Assembly: GCA_963700985.1 (NCBI GenBank) | Contig: OY969554.1 | Span: forward strand, 800,001-864,000 | Reading direction: 5' to 3' | Length of the DNA stretch: 64,000 nucleotides | Source: an uncultured Chlamydiales bacterium | GTDB taxonomy: Bacteria > Chlamydiota > Chlamydiia > Chlamydiales > Rhabdochlamydiaceae | In this document: positions 18,311-28,325 of the stretch, piece after piece | Layout of the letters: every line of letters starts with the position of its first letter | Numbering within the stretch: position 1 is the first letter of the stretch | Position numbers and translations under genes: made by a program | The notes under the pieces: model-generated | The model's database searches: none | The model's input: the letters and a program-made list of their open reading frames with translations, nothing else | Told to the model about the DNA's origin: nothing

Positions 18311-19404
18311 AAATCTTCAAAGAATTGATGTTTTCAAAGATCTGGGAGCGCTACTTTCTAAGAGAGATATTCAAGGTGTTTGGCCTCTTTCTCTTCGGAT
18401 TTTTCTTCTTATATGCCGCGATCGACTATTCGCTGCATATGCAAGACTTCCTTAAAGACAAAAGGCTCCAGATCACAGATCTCTTCGTCTATTACGGCTT
18501 CCAATTTATCAAGCGCGCGCCTCTGCTGCTGCCGCTAGCTCTTCTAGTTTCTACAATTAAAGTCCTCACCTCTTTTAATGCGCACCGAGAGCTTGTGGCT
18601 CTGCAAGCGTCGGGATTGCCCTTCAAAAAATTGATGAAACCCTTCTTTTTTGTAGCTGCACTCTGCACCCTTTTTAATGTGGTCTCCTCGGAATTCTTCT
18701 TACCTAGATCCCTCACCTATCTCGATAGGTTCTACGATAAGCACCTCAAGCATACCAAATATACGCAAAAGAGACATCCGATTCACATCTTGACTCTGAA
18801 AGATAGCTCCAAGCTGATCTACCAAACACATGACAAAGAAAAAGAGCTCTTTATCGATGTGATCTGGCTACAATCCGCCAATGAAATCTGGCGCATGCGC
18901 TATCTCTCGGCTAATCCAGAGGCACCTGAAGGAAAGTTTGTCGATCATCTTGTGCGCACACCGGACGGACTCTTAGAAAAGAAAGAGAGCGTAGAGAAGA
19001 AACTCTTTAAAGAGATGAGCTGGGATAGAGATCCTCCACGTAAGGGTTTCATTCCTCTTGAGAATAGAAGCATCAGCCAGCTTTACCAAATGGGCTTTAG
19101 ACAGAAGTGCACGGCCTTTGTAAAAATGGAACTTCTCACCCACCTCTGCTATAAATCTGCCATTCCTTTTCTCTCGCTGCTGGTAGTCGCTGCCGCCTCA
19201 CCTTTCTGCGTACGCTATGCGCGAAGAACGCCGCTTTTCCTTCTCTATGCTGTTGCACTTTTTGGCTATATCTCTTTTTTCACACTCATGGATGCCGCGG
19301 TAATCTTGGGAGAGAATCGAGTGGCTCCCCCACCTATAGCTATTTTTGCACCGCTTCTCCTTTGCGGATTCCCCTTCATCTGGAACTATCATAGGCAACA
19401 ATAA
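18307..19404 (+). CDS. lptG: LPS export ABC transporter permease, LptG type
   Basis: IWERYFLRE; HRELVALQASG motif; 3+3 TM layout. The F/G assignment rests on gene order. Confidence 0.82.
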   Translation: MKIFKELMFSKIWERYFLREIFKVFGLFLFGFFFLYAAIDYSLHMQDFLKDKRLQITDLFVYYGFQFIKRAPLLLPLALLVSTIKVLTSFNAHRELVALQASGLPFKKLMKPFFFVAALCTLFNVVSSEFFLPRSLTYLDRFYDKHLKHTKYTQKRHPIHILTLKDSSKLIYQTHDKEKELFIDVIWLQSANEIWRMRYLSANPEAPEGKFVDHLVRTPDGLLEKKESVEKKLFKEMSWDRDPPRKGFIPLENRSISQLYQMGFRQKCTAFVKMELLTHLCYKSAIPFLSLLVVAAASPFCVRYARRTPLFLLYAVALFGYISFFTLMDAAVILGENRVAPPPIAIFAPLLLCGFPFIWNYHRQQ

Positions 19405-20168
19405 TGGATGCGATCTCTCCACCTGGCGTTTGGAAGCCCAAACAGTTTCTCTTTTGGCTGATCATCATGGGCCTTATTATCGGCACTTTTGTGCTGCCTG
19501 CCACGAAAGTTTATTGGGAGATGCTCGACCATGCATTTTTTCGTTTTTTTAATGGAAGCTTGCGCGGACATCCGATCTGGCAAGCCTTTTGGGCGCTTGC
19601 TAACCATAAATACGCCGACTGGCTAGAAGATCTCTGTATTTTAGGCTTTTATACCCTTTACATTCGAAAAGTGCATAAACAGCTGCGCCTTCAAAAGGCG
19701 TCCGAGCTTGTTTTCTGTCTCATCTACATCGGTTTGGTCATCTATTTTATTAATCGGATGCTCTTCCGCACCTATTGGCACATCCCTCGAGAAAGCCCGA
19801 CTCTAGTGATTGATGGAAGCGTGCGCTTATCGGAAGAGATCTCTTGGCTGAAAATCAAAGATGACTCTAATAAGAGCTTTCCAGGAGATCACGCCACGAC
19901 GGCCCTTCTGTTTGCGGCCAGCTACTTTTACTTTGCAGGTTGGCGCTTAGGGTTGGTGGCTGCATTTTATGGCGCATTTCTCTGCCTACCTCGCCTCGTT
20001 ACAGGCGCACACTGGCTGTCTGACGTGATTGTAGGCGGCGGCTCGATTACGATTTTGTTCTTAAGCTTAGCCTTCTGCACCCCCTTCATGCGCTTCTGCA
20101 GCGCTAAAGTCGAAAAATTCCTAAGACTTTTCATTCGCAAAGAGAAGCCAGTCCAAGCGCAAAATTAA
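19404..20168 (+). CDS. lpxT: PAP2-family protein, LpxT/YeiU-like lipid A phosphotransferase
   Basis: RESPTL...KDDSNKSFPGDH...PRLVTGAHWLSDVIVG matches my recollection of E. coli YeiU (RASPTL..KDASRDSFPGDH..PRVMIGAHWFTDIIVG). Confidence 0.75.
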   Translation: MDAISPPGVWKPKQFLFWLIIMGLIIGTFVLPATKVYWEMLDHAFFRFFNGSLRGHPIWQAFWALANHKYADWLEDLCILGFYTLYIRKVHKQLRLQKASELVFCLIYIGLVIYFINRMLFRTYWHIPRESPTLVIDGSVRLSEEISWLKIKDDSNKSFPGDHATTALLFAASYFYFAGWRLGLVAAFYGAFLCLPRLVTGAHWLSDVIVGGGSITILFLSLAFCTPFMRFCSAKVEKFLRLFIRKEKPVQAQN

Positions 20169-20170
20169 GA

Positions 20171-20204
20171 ATAACAGGATCCGCGATCCTGCAAATCCTG
20201 TTAT
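20171..20204. terminator. Hairpin between convergent lpxT and dsbB
   Basis: ATAACAGGAT...ATCCTGTTAT inverted repeat. Confidence 0.55.
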
Positions 20205-20244
20205 TTCTATCCTCTCCAATAGCTGTGTAGAAATTCTACTCTAA

Positions 20245-20676
20245 TTAGGATTGCTTAGCTTGGGAGGTACGGGCGGCGAGCAAGAAGAGCGCAATCAGCA
20301 AGAAAGCTGCGAGGCTCAGCATGGGTGGGGTGATAAATCCAAAATAAGTGAGCAGCTCTTTCGAACACTCTACTTTTCCTGTGCAGAGCTTGGGAATAAA
20401 CGGCAGATTAAACTTCTGAATCACTAGATGATAAAGCGCCACCAAGCCTCCGCCGATCGCGAGCGGCAGGGCATAAGTCAGCACCGAGCGATCCTGTCTA
20501 TACGTAGCGATGCCAAGAATAATGGCCAGAGGGCAGAAAAAAAGCCTTTGAAACCAGCAGAGAGCACACGGCTCAACATGCAACCGCTCGCTCCAATAAA
20601 AGCTCCCCAAAACTGCCATTAAAGCGATTAGCCAAGCGAAATAGAGCCCGTAATTGAAGAGAAGCTTGCGTAGCAT
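20245..20676 (-). CDS. dsbB: Disulfide bond formation protein DsbB/BdbC
   Basis: EPCALCWFQR motif, second Cys pair (CTGKVEC), four TM helices. Confidence 0.93.
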   Translation of the reverse strand: MLRKLLFNYGLYFAWLIALMAVLGSFYWSERLHVEPCALCWFQRLFFCPLAIILGIATYRQDRSVLTYALPLAIGGGLVALYHLVIQKFNLPFIPKLCTGKVECSKELLTYFGFITPPMLSLAAFLLIALFLLAARTSQAKQS

Positions 20677-21314
20677 TAGTTGTTTACCTTAAGGGCTTTT
20701 TCAATAGTCGTATTGAGTGAGCCCAATGAGTAGCTTTTGGTTTTAACGCCATTAATAAAGACGGTCGGTGTAGCAAAGTCATCATGCATGAGCGTCCAAC
20801 CTAAATTCTCATGCTTATCGATAAGCGCCTTTAGATGCCCATCTGCTAGAGCCTCTTTCAAGCGAGTTACATCGATACCTGAAAACTTCTCGATGAGCAG
20901 CTGCACCTGCAGCTCTTCAGAATCTGCTACAGGTAAATCAGCATATAACTCATTTAAGAAAGGAAAGAAGCGTTCGGGTTGCTGTTCAAAAACTGCATAG
21001 CTAGCAAGCGCGAATGGCTCGGAGTTTTCCAGAAATGAGAGCATCACCACAGTACATTGAACTTTGCCCGTGTCGATGAACCGTTCTTTTAATAAGGGAA
21101 GGGTTTGCAGGTGGAAGTTTCTGCACGAGGTGCATTGAGGCTCTTCGAAGATGATCATCTGCACGGGCGCAAGTCTGCTTCCTAATGTCGGGTAGCCAGT
21201 TACATCGACATGCCCCACAAGCATCGGAGGCTTTTCAGGAAAAAGGATCCCACCAGCTAGTGCTGTCAAGAATAGAACCAGGGTAGAAAGGACTACGAGT
21301 TTTGGTCGGCGCAT
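20676..21314 (-). CDS. dsbA: DsbA-family thiol:disulfide oxidoreductase
   Basis: FEEPQCTSC (CxxC), cis-Pro loop ATPTVFING, N-terminal anchor; coupled to dsbB. Confidence 0.88.
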   Translation of the reverse strand: MRRPKLVVLSTLVLFLTALAGGILFPEKPPMLVGHVDVTGYPTLGSRLAPVQMIIFEEPQCTSCRNFHLQTLPLLKERFIDTGKVQCTVVMLSFLENSEPFALASYAVFEQQPERFFPFLNELYADLPVADSEELQVQLLIEKFSGIDVTRLKEALADGHLKALIDKHENLGWTLMHDDFATPTVFINGVKTKSYSLGSLNTTIEKALKVNN

Positions 21315-21387
21315 ATCCTAATCATAACATGCGTCGAAAAAAAATGAAACCAATGATAAGCTGACACAACAACAGGGAAAATTTTCT

Positions 21388-22899
21388 ATGAGCGATTATG
21401 ACAAACTACATGAGCTTTCAAAAAATGCGGCTCTATTGACCACCATCTGTCAGCTATTGGAATGGGATCAAGAGACCTACATGCCTCCCGATGCCATCGG
21501 CATTCGCGCACTTCAAAATGAACTTCTGGCAAGCCTTACCCACAAACAGAAGACAAGCCCCGCCTTTACTAAGGCTTTGGGTAAATTAATCGATCTGTCC
21601 ACAGGCACCGTGATCGATAGCTCGCTTACACCCCCACAGATTGCAGCCCTGCGAGAATGGAGACGCAGCTATTTAACCGACAAAAAACTTCCCGCCGCTT
21701 TTGTGAAGAGCTTTGCCAAAACCACTTCCCATGCAACTCACGCCTGGGCAAAAGCCAAAGAACATAACAACTTTCGCGAATTTGCTCCCTTCCTTGAAAA
21801 GATCGTTAAACTATGCAGAAAAAAAGCCGACCTTCTAGGCTATCGAGATCACCCTTACGATGCTCTGCTAGACCTTTACGAACCAGAAATGACCGTAGCT
21901 TCTCTTACGCCTCTTTTTGAAAGATTAAAAATCTCTCTGACCCAATTACTAAAAACAATCACCACCCGTCCCGTGCCGGATCAGAGCTTCCTGCATGGAA
22001 ATTTTCCCAAAGAAAAACAGCTGCATTTTGGACAATTGTTGCTAAAAGCGATGGGCTTTGATCCTCGCTGCAGCCGCCTAGATCAAACTGTCCATCCGTT
22101 CTGCCTCATGCTGCATCCAAAAGACACCCGCATGACCACGCATTTGCACCCAGATTATGTGATGTCCAACATCTATTCGGTGATTCATGAAGGTGGACAT
22201 GGCCTTTACAATATAGGCTTCAAAGAGGAAAACTTCGGTTCACCCCTAGCAGAAAGCATCTCTTTGGGCTTTGATGAGAGTCAATCACGCTGGTGGGAGA
22301 CGTTAATCGGACGCAGCCTCCCCTTTTGGAAATACTTTTTTCCCATTTTGCAGCAGCAATTCCCAGAACAGCTTGGGGCGATCTACCTCGATGATTTTTA
22401 CCGCGCCATCAACATCGCTAAAGCCTCGCTGATTCGCACAGAGGCCGATGAAGTGACCTACTCACTGCATGTGATCGTGCGTTTTGAGATTGAGAAAGCC
22501 TTAATCGAAGGCTCTTTACGCGTAAAAGATCTTCCAGATGCTTGGAGTGCCAAAATGCGTGAATATTTAGGTGTGGCTCCAACTAACCATGGCGAAGGCT
22601 GCCTGCAGGATATCCACTGGTCTATGGGAGGGTTTGGCTATTTCCCCACTTATACTTTAGGCAATCTCTATGCCGCTCAACTTTTTCAGGCTTTTGAAAA
22701 AGGCCAACTCGACTGGAAAGAGAAAGTTGCCAAAGGCCAACTCGACTTTATACGCGAGTGGCTGCGTGACAACATCCATCAGTATGGAAAACAGTACACC
22801 GCCAATGAGACTCTTATACGTATTACCGGGCAGCCCCTATCCGAAAAGCCTTTTGTGGACTATTTAGAGCATAAATACAAACACCTCTACCATCTGTGA
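21388..22899 (+). CDS. Carboxypeptidase, family M32
   Basis: LLEWDQETYMP, HPF, HEGGH zinc motif, ESQSR, IRTEADEVTY, GCLQDIHW. Confidence 0.95.
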   Translation: MSDYDKLHELSKNAALLTTICQLLEWDQETYMPPDAIGIRALQNELLASLTHKQKTSPAFTKALGKLIDLSTGTVIDSSLTPPQIAALREWRRSYLTDKKLPAAFVKSFAKTTSHATHAWAKAKEHNNFREFAPFLEKIVKLCRKKADLLGYRDHPYDALLDLYEPEMTVASLTPLFERLKISLTQLLKTITTRPVPDQSFLHGNFPKEKQLHFGQLLLKAMGFDPRCSRLDQTVHPFCLMLHPKDTRMTTHLHPDYVMSNIYSVIHEGGHGLYNIGFKEENFGSPLAESISLGFDESQSRWWETLIGRSLPFWKYFFPILQQQFPEQLGAIYLDDFYRAINIAKASLIRTEADEVTYSLHVIVRFEIEKALIEGSLRVKDLPDAWSAKMREYLGVAPTNHGEGCLQDIHWSMGGFGYFPTYTLGNLYAAQLFQAFEKGQLDWKEKVAKGQLDFIREWLRDNIHQYGKQYTANETLIRITGQPLSEKPFVDYLEHKYKHLYHL

Positions 22900-23771
22900 A
22901 AAGATTAAAAACTAGACTCCTATTTCTTCTGCTTATTCCCCTCACAGTGCTGTTTGTGCTTATCTTAAACTATCTCTGGAATCTTAAAAGCCTGGCTTTT
23001 GCTCCAGAAAACTTGCTGAGAATCTTCCCTCAAGGCCTAGCTAATCGACGCAACATCTCTAACGAAGAGCTCGAGCAGATTTTTAATCAGCGCTTTATCT
23101 TTTTGGATGAAGGGGCCCAGTGTTTTGCTTGCGCAAGCGAAGATGGTCGCTATGTTATCAAGCTTTTCAAAGCAAAACACATGCGCAAAAAAGAATGGCT
23201 CCGAGATGGTCCACTTTTCCGTTCTTTTGTGCCCGCCGCCCAAAGAGAACAACATAAACGTAGATGGTTACAGAAATTTCAAGAAACTTGCGCTTGCTAT
23301 TTCTTAGCTTACGATGAGCTTGCAGATGAAACCGGCCTTTTGCATTTGCACTTTCAAACAGAAAGTTTGCAGGCAAAGCTTAAAGTTCAGAACTTTGAAA
23401 TCGAACTAGATGGCCTCCCCTTTCTTATCCAAAAAAAGGGAGAGCTCGTGCCGAAAAAAATTGCCTCGCTGATTGAAAATAGCGGCTCTCCTGCTGCCAT
23501 CACAGCACTTATCGACCTGCATGATCTGCTAGTAAAACGCGCCAAGAAAGGCATTACTGACCCACGCCAGTGCTTCAGCATTAACTACGCCTTTTGTGGC
23601 AGTGCTCCCCTACAAATCGATGTGGGCAGAATTGTTAAAGAAGCTGCCATTGCTTCCGCACCACAAGATGAGATCGACCGAGTAACCGCTAACCTTAAAG
23701 CCTGGGTTGGCCGTCACTTCCCCGAACTTAGCTCCGACTTCGAAGCCTCCCTTCTCGCCCACCCAAAATAA
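22896..23771 (+). CDS. Membrane-anchored hypothetical protein with kinase-like motifs
   Basis: N-terminal TM; FLDEGAQCFAC loop, YVIKLFK, D....NY, QIDVG. Confidence 0.55.
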   Translation: MKRLKTRLLFLLLIPLTVLFVLILNYLWNLKSLAFAPENLLRIFPQGLANRRNISNEELEQIFNQRFIFLDEGAQCFACASEDGRYVIKLFKAKHMRKKEWLRDGPLFRSFVPAAQREQHKRRWLQKFQETCACYFLAYDELADETGLLHLHFQTESLQAKLKVQNFEIELDGLPFLIQKKGELVPKKIASLIENSGSPAAITALIDLHDLLVKRAKKGITDPRQCFSINYAFCGSAPLQIDVGRIVKEAAIASAPQDEIDRVTANLKAWVGRHFPELSSDFEASLLAHPK

Positions 23772-23987
23772 AAACAGTGTTCCCTATATCTTGATAGATA
23801 ACGTTGCGCAGCCCTGGTTTGAACAGCTGACTTTGCAGAAAAAAACGAACTCTTTTAGTAAATCATTCATATCCTGTTTTCTTTAGAATTTTAGAGCTGT
23901 TTAGTGAGGCGTTTTAAGACCTCTTCATCGCTTAGCCACTCTTAGGCTTGAAGCAGATGATTAAATAGTGCCCAATAAAATGGGCGC

Positions 23988-24140
23988 ATGATAAAGTGCT
24001 CACTTATTATAGAGCTCTATTTTTATCGAGTAGGACGTACGACTATACGGTTGTTAATAGGAGGAATGAAAAATGGCCAAAAACAAGACATCAAAAAGGC
24101 AAAAATTCTGCTTGGAAGACATGCCCATTTTGAAGAATAA
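23988..24140 (+). pseudogene. Truncated RelE/HigB-like (HI1419-type) toxin remnant
   Basis: 50-codon ORF not in the track: MIKCSLIIELYFYRVGRTTIRLLIGGMKNGQKQDIKKAKILLGRHAHFEE; resembles only the C-terminal half of the toxin; overlaps the antitoxin start. Confidence 0.65.
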
Positions 24141-24402
24141 AAAGCAGGCTCTTTCATTCGACCACAAACCAAGAGACTTCTTCAAATCTCATCAGAAAGT
24201 AGCTTTAGCTCTTTTAACAAGTTTGGAGGAGAATGATGCTGGTGCTTTCCTGGAAATTTTGGATGTCTATTTGAGAGTCAATCGCACAAAAGTTGCAAAA
24301 GAAACCAAGCTTTCTAGAACAACAGTTCAAAACGCCTTATCTAAAAAAGGAAATCCCACGATCCGCACTATAGCAAAAATCGTGCACCAGTCTGTTGCCT
24401 AA
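24073..24402 (+). CDS. HTH addiction-module antitoxin (HI1420-like)
   Basis: KVAKETKLSRTTVQNALSKKGNPTIRTIAKI helix-turn-helix with GNPT motif; strong RBS AGGAGG. Confidence 0.85.
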   Translation: MAKNKTSKRQKFCLEDMPILKNKKQALSFDHKPRDFFKSHQKVALALLTSLEENDAGAFLEILDVYLRVNRTKVAKETKLSRTTVQNALSKKGNPTIRTIAKIVHQSVA

Positions 24403-24491
24403 AGAGTTAGTGTTTTACATCTTTCTTGTGCCGTCCGTTTAGCCTATTTCGCACTCCTACGTTCTCTCCCCATGGCATTTCCACACAAAAG

Positions 24492-24574
24492 AAAAGACCT
24501 CTTGCGTAATTCCAAGCGAATTACGCAAGAGGTCTTAAAAAAAAGAGCCTTGTGGGAAAACCCACAAGACTCTC
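24492..24574 (-). terminator. Tandem hairpins terminating rplM-rpsI
   Basis: AAGACCTCTTGCGTAATTC/GAATTACGCAAGAGGTCTT and GAGCCTTGTGGG/CCCACAAGACTC stems with A-runs. Confidence 0.8.
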
Positions 24575-24602
24575 AAACAACAAGGAGGAAAATTTAAAAC
24601 GA

Positions 24603-25001
24603 TTAACGTTTAGAGTACTGACCGCGTTTACGTGCGCCGGCAAGACCTGGTTTCTGACGCTCTCTCTTACGCGGATCGCGTGTGAGGAAGCCGACAGTTT
24701 TTAAGTCGTGTCTGCGTGTTTCGTCTTCTTGAACGAGTGCGCGAGAGATGCCGAGGCGTGTCGCAACTGCTTGTCCGCCAATTCCACCACCTTTAACACG
24801 AATGATGATGTCGTAGTTATCGCGTACGGAGAATTTCTCAAGTGGAGAGACGATCAATTTGCGGTGTAGTTCTTCTAAGAAATACTCTTCGAACTTACGG
24901 CCGTTGACGTCAATTTTGCCAGTCCCTGGGCGCAATCTTACAGATGATACTGCTGTCTTTCTGCGTCCGGTACCAAGATTTTCTTTGGTCATACTTTGCA
25001 T
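24603..25001 (-). CDS. rpsI: 30S ribosomal protein S9
   Basis: GTGRRKTAV, GGGIGGQA, LTRDPRKRERQKPG...QYSKR. Confidence 0.98.
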   Translation of the reverse strand: MQSMTKENLGTGRRKTAVSSVRLRPGTGKIDVNGRKFEEYFLEELHRKLIVSPLEKFSVRDNYDIIIRVKGGGIGGQAVATRLGISRALVQEDETRRHDLKTVGFLTRDPRKRERQKPGLAGARKRGQYSKR

Positions 25002-25013
25002 TACTCTTAAGCG

Positions 25014-25469
25014 TTAGATGTTCACTGAAATAGGTTGTTGAGCTTCCATACCATGTTGGTCACCAGCAAAGATACGCAATTTTTTGATCTGCGCTTCTGA
25101 GAGGCGGGTTTTGGGCAGCATTCCTTTAATAGCACGTCTGAGGATGAAAGTAGGTTTCTTCGCTTTCATTTCGCGATAAGGAACCTCGCGCATCCCGCTC
25201 ATCGCACCAGTGTGGTAACGATAGATCTTTTGAGCTTCTTTAGCACCTGTAACTTCGATCTTTTCTGCATTGATGATAATTACACCATCTCCGCAATCCA
25301 CGTTAGGTGTGAAGTCTGGTTTGTGCTTTCCCCTTAGAATCTTTGCGATTTCTGACGCAAATCTGCCCAGAGTTTTCCCTGAGGCGTCTACGAGGATCCA
25401 TTTACGAGCAGCTAATGCTTCTTCTTTTGTCAGAAGGGCTGTGCTCTCTTTGTTCTTCTTAGTATGCAT
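25014..25469 (-). CDS. rplM: 50S ribosomal protein L13
   Basis: WILVDASGKTLGR, LRGKHKPDFTPNVDCGD, YRYHTG. Confidence 0.98.
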   Translation of the reverse strand: MHTKKNKESTALLTKEEALAARKWILVDASGKTLGRFASEIAKILRGKHKPDFTPNVDCGDGVIIINAEKIEVTGAKEAQKIYRYHTGAMSGMREVPYREMKAKKPTFILRRAIKGMLPKTRLSEAQIKKLRIFAGDQHGMEAQQPISVNI

Positions 25470-25612
25470 TGTCTGCCTACGAAATTTTTAAGAAAGCACG
25501 ATAATACTTCTCTTCTCAATTTTTTCAAAGTCTTTTGTCGGGCTTTCTTAGATTCTTGCTAAAAGCTTCAGGAATTAGTAAACTCCTTCTACATTACCCT
25601 AAAAATTATTTT

Positions 25613-26974
25613 ATGCGTGAACTAAAAACATTCTTCCTTCGTACCTACGGCTGCCAGATGAACGAGCTAGACTCGGAAATTATGGTAGGTCAGCTCGAAA
25701 AAAGAGGCCTTAAACGTATCGAGGAAGAGGATAATGCGGATCTTCTAATTTTCAATACCTGTTCTATCCGTGACCTGGCCGAACGTAAGGTTATGGGCAA
25801 ACTAGGCCAGCTTGGAAGAGCTCGTTCAAGAAAATCTATTATTGGGGTCACCGGCTGTATGGCCATGGCCAAAAAAGAGTCGCTTTTCCGTAAACTCCCC
25901 CACGTAGATTTCGTTATCGGCACCAACAATATCGGGGATTTAAACTGCGTGCTCGATGAGGTGCTTGAGACTGGCCGCCAGACCATCCGTACCCAAGATG
26001 AATTCGAAGAAAATTTAGATTACCTAGTTGCAAAGCGCGACGATCCTTATAGAGCATATGTCTCAATTATCCGTGGCTGCGACAAGTTCTGCACCTACTG
26101 CGTCGTCCCCTATACCCGTGGTCAAGAGGTCTCCCGCCCGCCTGAGAGCATCGAAGAGGAGTGCCGCAAGCTGGTTGATGCCGGATATAAAGAAGTTACG
26201 CTGCTGGGCCAGAACGTCAATAGCTATGGCAAAGATAAACCTGAATGGAACTGCCTTTTCCACGACCTGCTCTATCGCTTAGATAAGATTAAAGGCCTAG
26301 AACGCATCCGCTTCATGACTAGCCACCCCGTTGACATCACGGTGCAGCTCATGGAAGCGATTCGCGATCTCCCCTCCCTTTGCGAATTTGTACACTTCCC
26401 GCTGCAAGCTGGCTCTAGCCGCATCTTAAAAAAAATGCACCGCATCTACACTGTGGAACAATATTTAGAAAAAGTAGCCCTCTTGCGTCAGATTGTCCCG
26501 AATGTGGCATTAGGCACGGATATCATCGTAGGCTTTCCTACTGAGACTGAAGAAGAGTTCCAAATGACCTACGACCTCCTCAAACAGATCCGCTATTCTG
26601 TAGCATTTGTCTTTGCTTATAGCGCACGCAAGGGCACACCCGCTTTCCGTTGGAAAGATGATATCCCCGAAGAAGTTAAACAAGAGCGCTTGCAGCGCTT
26701 GCTTACGCTTCATCAAGAGATTGGCGCTGAAGAAAGGCAAGAGATGCTGGGCCAAGAATTGGAAGTGCTGGTAGATGGACGCAAAGATGAGACACTACTT
26801 AAAGGACGTACACGCTGCTGGAGAACGGTGATTTTCCCTGGAGACGCATCGCTGATGGGCACACTCCAACCTATCAAAATTCACAGCTACAACAACCAGA
26901 CTTTCTTAGGTGAACTAGCCCGTGCACCTACCGAGCTGAATCTGGCAAAGCCTAAAGCTCTCGCAATTCTTTAA
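25613..26974 (+). CDS. miaB: tRNA-2-methylthio-N6-dimethylallyladenosine synthase
   Basis: TYGCQMNELDSE, NTCSIR, CDKFCTYC radical SAM motif, TRAM domain. Confidence 0.95.
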   Translation: MRELKTFFLRTYGCQMNELDSEIMVGQLEKRGLKRIEEEDNADLLIFNTCSIRDLAERKVMGKLGQLGRARSRKSIIGVTGCMAMAKKESLFRKLPHVDFVIGTNNIGDLNCVLDEVLETGRQTIRTQDEFEENLDYLVAKRDDPYRAYVSIIRGCDKFCTYCVVPYTRGQEVSRPPESIEEECRKLVDAGYKEVTLLGQNVNSYGKDKPEWNCLFHDLLYRLDKIKGLERIRFMTSHPVDITVQLMEAIRDLPSLCEFVHFPLQAGSSRILKKMHRIYTVEQYLEKVALLRQIVPNVALGTDIIVGFPTETEEEFQMTYDLLKQIRYSVAFVFAYSARKGTPAFRWKDDIPEEVKQERLQRLLTLHQEIGAEERQEMLGQELEVLVDGRKDETLLKGRTRCWRTVIFPGDASLMGTLQPIKIHSYNNQTFLGELARAPTELNLAKPKALAIL

Positions 26975-26999
26975 TTTACTTAGAAAGAAATTTAAGAGT

Positions 27000-28325
27000 T
27001 TAACGCTTTTCTGCAGCTTCTTTTTTTTCTTCTCGGACTTCTCGAAGAGAAGATAAAAAGAGTCCAAGCTTCTTAACTGAATCACCTGGAGGCACGAAAG
27101 GCAAAATTGCCCGGATGGCTTGATTGGATCTTTCCAGTGGGTTTTTTCGCAGATCAACTAACCTTAAGCGCACGCACTGAGCTAACTCAGCAGGAATATC
27201 TTTTATCTTACAATGGCGCACAGAAAGCATTCTGAGAGAGGTCAAGCGTCCAATTCCTTTAGATAGACTTGTGAGAGAGGTATAAGATAGGCGTAACCTT
27301 TGTAAGCTGGTTAAATTCCAGAACTCTTCCGGCAGATTTGCAAGTCTGGAATTTTTGTTAAGACAAAGCCTTGTTAATGTAGTTAAATTGCCAAACTCGG
27401 ACGGTAAACTTTCAAGATCATTGCCATCCAATCGGAGTATTTGCAACTCTTCCAACTGTCCAATTTCTGGTGGTAAAATGGTGATCTTATTGAAAGCTAA
27501 ATTTAGAGATTCCAAGCGCCTACAGTTTAGAAGAGGAAGAGGAATGCTCTCAAACATATTGTGGCATAAATCTGCTTCTCTCAGATTGGTGCAGAATTGA
27601 ATTTCCTGAGGTAGGTCTCTGAGCCATATAGTTCCTCTTTCTTCCACTTTCTCATTCATATCGCCATAAGAAATACGCTCTAAACCTCTTAATAATCCCA
27701 CTAAAGGAGGAATGTGCGCGAATCTATGTTTCAAGCCCGTAAATTCATCAATATCGACGCTATTTGTTTGAATAGTCTCTAAAGCGCTTATGTTATATGT
27801 CATCCAGCGCGATACCTCTATTGCAAAGCTCTGTATATTTTGTTGTTCTAAAGGCAACAGCTTAACTATCTCAAAGAGGTGTGGCACTGCAGCATTGGCT
27901 AGGGGTAAATTCGCGGCTATGTCCTTGAAAAAATTAATGATATCGATCGCTCGGGCGAGCTCGGATAAGCTTCTTCGCCCATAACAAAGTTGCGGCTTGG
28001 AAGAGAAAAAAAAGAAGCCAGGTGCTCTTAAGGCCCTTGAACGGATGACCCCAGCGATTTTTTGCACCGCCTTATCGGCTTTTAGAGGCCCATTTAGGCT
28101 ATAATGGCAAACCGTGTCTTTTACCAGACCGCCAATGATGGGATCTGGGCCTTCTTGCAACCGGCTCAGATACATCTTCCATGTATTGGCGAACAACATC
28201 TCTTTTTTGTCTGAAAAGTGATGCGACACCTGTTCCAAAGCATGAGGATAAGGCAAAAAGCCCGCTACACGATCAATCACGGGATTGGGAAGTCTGGGGA
28301 GAATGGAATTTTGAATTGCTGACAT
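27000..28325 (-). CDS. LRR protein with F-box-like N-terminus (paralogue 1)
   Basis: LPNPVIDRVAGFL; LxxLxLxxNxLxxLPxEIG repeats; RBS AAGGT before ATG 28325. Confidence 0.85.
   Translation of the reverse strand: MSAIQNSILPRLPNPVIDRVAGFLPYPHALEQVSHHFSDKKEMLFANTWKMYLSRLQEGPDPIIGGLVKDTVCHYSLNGPLKADKAVQKIAGVIRSRALRAPGFFFFSSKPQLCYGRRSLSELARAIDIINFFKDIAANLPLANAAVPHLFEIVKLLPLEQQNIQSFAIEVSRWMTYNISALETIQTNSVDIDEFTGLKHRFAHIPPLVGLLRGLERISYGDMNEKVEERGTIWLRDLPQEIQFCTNLREADLCHNMFESIPLPLLNCRRLESLNLAFNKITILPPEIGQLEELQILRLDGNDLESLPSEFGNLTTLTRLCLNKNSRLANLPEEFWNLTSLQRLRLSYTSLTSLSKGIGRLTSLRMLSVRHCKIKDIPAELAQCVRLRLVDLRKNPLERSNQAIRAILPFVPPGDSVKKLGLFLSSLREVREEKKEAAEKR

Noticed and set aside
22699-22747. 16-bp direct repeat (KGQLD twice) in the carboxypeptidase
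   Set aside because: In-frame and isolated, with no sign of mobility or function
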